Shown here: in pieces, positions 62,098-64,000 of the stretch
Layout: each line of letters opens with the position of its first letter
Numbering within the stretch: the stretch's first letter is position 1
IMG/VR virus record: IMGVR_UViG_3300046652_000008
Coordinates: 1-64,000 of that record
Length of the DNA: 64,000 nucleotides
DNA from: a virus
Strand: one strand, 5' to 3'
The notes under the pieces: model-generated
Databases searched by the model: none
Told to the model about the DNA's origin: nothing
The model's input: the letters and a program-made list of their open reading frames with translations, nothing else
Program-made: the position numbers and the translations under genes

Positions 62098-63547
62098 CCA
62101 AGAGAAGCTGGAACTAGAAATAGTTGCCTACTGTTTCACCCACCATTCCTCAGTGGGAACGGTATCCCGCATTATTGGGACACGACACTTTACAAATAAG
62201 TGCTATAAATATATCTTTGACTGTACGGTGGATTCCTATAACCTGGAAGATAAGGCCAGCCGAGCAACTATAGTTCAGCGAGCCGTCAAGCGTAGTAAGT
62301 TAAATTGGGACGCTACCCCGATACTGAATGAGATTGCAGCCGTAGATACACGAGACTACGATGTTGACTCAGCACTCAAGACAATGAACGATTCGTTTCT
62401 CTCTAGGCAGCTTGTAAAGCTAGCTGAAGATATCAGCAGCCAAGTGAGTGGTGGCGACTCGTCCATCTCGGTGATAGATAGTGCGCGGCATGGCCTAGAT
62501 AATATAGCCGATGGTATAGTAACGGACGATTGCTACCATACGCTTGGGGATATCATCGAAGGCTCAGAGCAGAAACACGCAAACATCTATGATGGAACCC
62601 ATGGCACTTCCGGCATACCGTCTCCTATCGCAGCTATTGACCTAATCACTGGAAAGTTCCGCAAGGGCAGATTCTATGTAATTGCGGCCAGACCATCCAC
62701 CGGGAAGTCTGCGCTAGTTACACAGATTGCATATAAAGCCGCAAGTCTCGGTTTCAAGGTGCTGATGTTCAGCTTTGAGATGGACTCCGACTCCATATGG
62801 CGCAGGATTCTTTCCGCCGAGACGGGAATCATGGCTTGGGATATGGAAACCGGATTCCTATCAGAAGAAGAAAAAGCACAAGCAACCGAATGGCTGGATA
62901 CGCACAGAGATATACCACTGTATATCGTCCCGCGTAAAACCGGGAAGACCATGGCATCTATGAATGCCGTGATTCGCGGATTTACGACTAAATATGGAGC
63001 GCCTGATCTTGTGATTGTGGACTATATCCAGCTAGTTAAGGCGGGAGTTAGAACCACCGGAAGATACGAAGAGATGACCTATGTCTCTAATGCTTTAATG
63101 GATATTCCCTATGAGCATTCCACTGCGCTAATAGCTTTAAGCCAGATGAGCCGAGCGATGGAGAAACGCGACTATTCCAGGCCGCAACTTTCTGATTTGC
63201 GCGAAACCGGGGCGATTGAGCAGGATTCTGACTGCGTTAGCTTTCTATGGCGTCCAGACATGCACCAGAACAGCAAGGATGGAGGAGGAGGCCGGAAGGA
63301 CCAGGAGGATTATCCACCAGGGTATACCGAGTTGATCTTCGAGAAAAACCGCCAAGGACGAACTGGATGTGTTAAACTAAAGTTCGATGGGGCGCATACG
63401 AAGTTTACCGAGCTACCAGAAGGAGAATACGATGGCACTTCCGAGAGATCAACGACTAACGCCGCTCCGAGAGACCCTTCAGGAACTAATCGGGCAAAAA
63501 CTGGTAAAGGCAAACAGACATCCCAGACTTCCTTTAACCCTGTATAA
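62084..63547 (+). CDS. dnaB: Replicative DNA helicase
   Basis: IAARPSTGKS, FSFEM, IVDYIQL, LSQMSR, PQLSDLRETGAIEQDSD, KNRQG. Confidence 0.95.
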   Translation: MEKTSQEKLELEIVAYCFTHHSSVGTVSRIIGTRHFTNKCYKYIFDCTVDSYNLEDKASRATIVQRAVKRSKLNWDATPILNEIAAVDTRDYDVDSALKTMNDSFLSRQLVKLAEDISSQVSGGDSSISVIDSARHGLDNIADGIVTDDCYHTLGDIIEGSEQKHANIYDGTHGTSGIPSPIAAIDLITGKFRKGRFYVIAARPSTGKSALVTQIAYKAASLGFKVLMFSFEMDSDSIWRRILSAETGIMAWDMETGFLSEEEKAQATEWLDTHRDIPLYIVPRKTGKTMASMNAVIRGFTTKYGAPDLVIVDYIQLVKAGVRTTGRYEEMTYVSNALMDIPYEHSTALIALSQMSRAMEKRDYSRPQLSDLRETGAIEQDSDCVSFLWRPDMHQNSKDGGGGRKDQEDYPPGYTELIFEKNRQGRTGCVKLKFDGAHTKFTELPEGEYDGTSERSTTNAAPRDPSGTNRAKTGKGKQTSQTSFNPV

Positions 63548-64000
63548 TTACACAAATGCCGCGTATGGTATAAATCCAGCCGATTGGCCGCTTGAACTTT
63601 CGCAGGCGCGTGGCCTTGTCTTAGACGACAATGGAAAAGTTATTTCTCGCGGATTTGGCAAGTTCTGGGAGCTAACCCCATCTACTGTCCAGAAGATAGA
63701 AGAAAACAAAGAGAAGGCGTATACCATCAGCGAAAAAATGGATGGAGTGCTCATCTGCGTATTCGGTTATCGCGGAGAGATTATCGTCCATACTCGCGGA
63801 TCTTGGGGTAACGAGTTTATTGACGAGGCCATAACCCTCTTTGAAGACAAGTACCCGGAGTATTGGCATAATCTATTAGACGACCCCCATGAGTATAATG
63901 AAGATGGACATGGATATGGTATAGACTATGGACGCACCGACTGCTTTGAGCTAATCTCGCCAGTCAGCCGGATTGTCGTAGACTACATAGGGAGGCGTGG
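63432..64000 (+). CDS. T4 Rnl1-type RNA ligase (partial, runs off the window; absent from the ORF track)
   Basis: AGGAG RBS; LYNYT, ARGLVLD, SRGFGKFW, EKMDG, TRGSW, FELISP..RIVVDY. Confidence 0.88.
   Translation, partial: MALPRDQRLTPLRETLQELIGQKLVKANRHPRLPLTLYNYTNAAYGINPADWPLELSQARGLVLDDNGKVISRGFGKFWELTPSTVQKIEENKEKAYTISEKMDGVLICVFGYRGEIIVHTRGSWGNEFIDEAITLFEDKYPEYWHNLLDDPHEYNEDGHGYGIDYGRTDCFELISPVSRIVVDYIGRR

Larger units (their letters stand above)
1..64000. mobile_element. Tailed dsDNA bacteriophage genome segment (Caudoviricetes)
   Basis: Terminase large subunit, portal, tRNA cluster, ERF, DnaB, RNA ligase, dense small overlapping ORFs in two divergent arms; no host housekeeping operons. 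Confidence 0.95.

Noticed and set aside
1-64000. CRISPR array or cas genes
   Set aside because: No regularly spaced repeats; the PD-(D/E)XK nuclease sits near ERF and lacks the Cas4 cysteine cluster
1-64000. Stop-codon reassignment
   Set aside because: Conserved genes are full length in the standard code, TAG/TGA/TAA all end genes, and no suppressor anticodon was found

Overview
This window is a 64-kb piece of a large tailed dsDNA phage (Caudoviricetes). No integrase or major capsid gene is visible. A diderm host, possibly Acidobacteriota, is inferred only from protein style. Two divergent arms meet at a ~1.7-kb non-coding region (38.4-40.1 kb). The minus arm (38.4 kb -> 1) carries many small genes, a stand-alone ClpB-D2 ATPase, a release-factor homologue with GGQ changed to GGG, a tRNA/ncRNA cluster, dUTPase, SSB, terminase, portal, a glycosyltransferase and peptide deformylase. 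It ends in a ~10.7-kb operon of fibre/adhesin-like proteins, seven of which carry Sec signal peptides cleaved before Gln. The plus arm (39.4 kb -> end) is the early/replication region: DUF3150-like, MoxR-type AAA+ with a vWA-like partner, radical SAM, PNK-like kinase, ParB-like, deaminase, ERF, PD-(D/E)XK nuclease, SF2 helicase, primase zinc-finger protein, DnaB and a partial Rnl1-type RNA ligase. The most notable observations are: (1) the exported fibre operon, whose first member has a virion-anchor-like KINxNF motif right after a signal peptide; (2) a tRNA-Trp gene split in the T-loop by a 792-bp HNH cassette that carries its own replacement tRNA-Trp; (3) a ~600-nt multi-domain structured ncRNA plus anticodon-less tRNA mimics; (4) a complete enhancer-IHF-sigma54 promoter followed by a ~700-nt structured leader. 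All calls come from reading motifs and base-pairing by eye; no database search was run.
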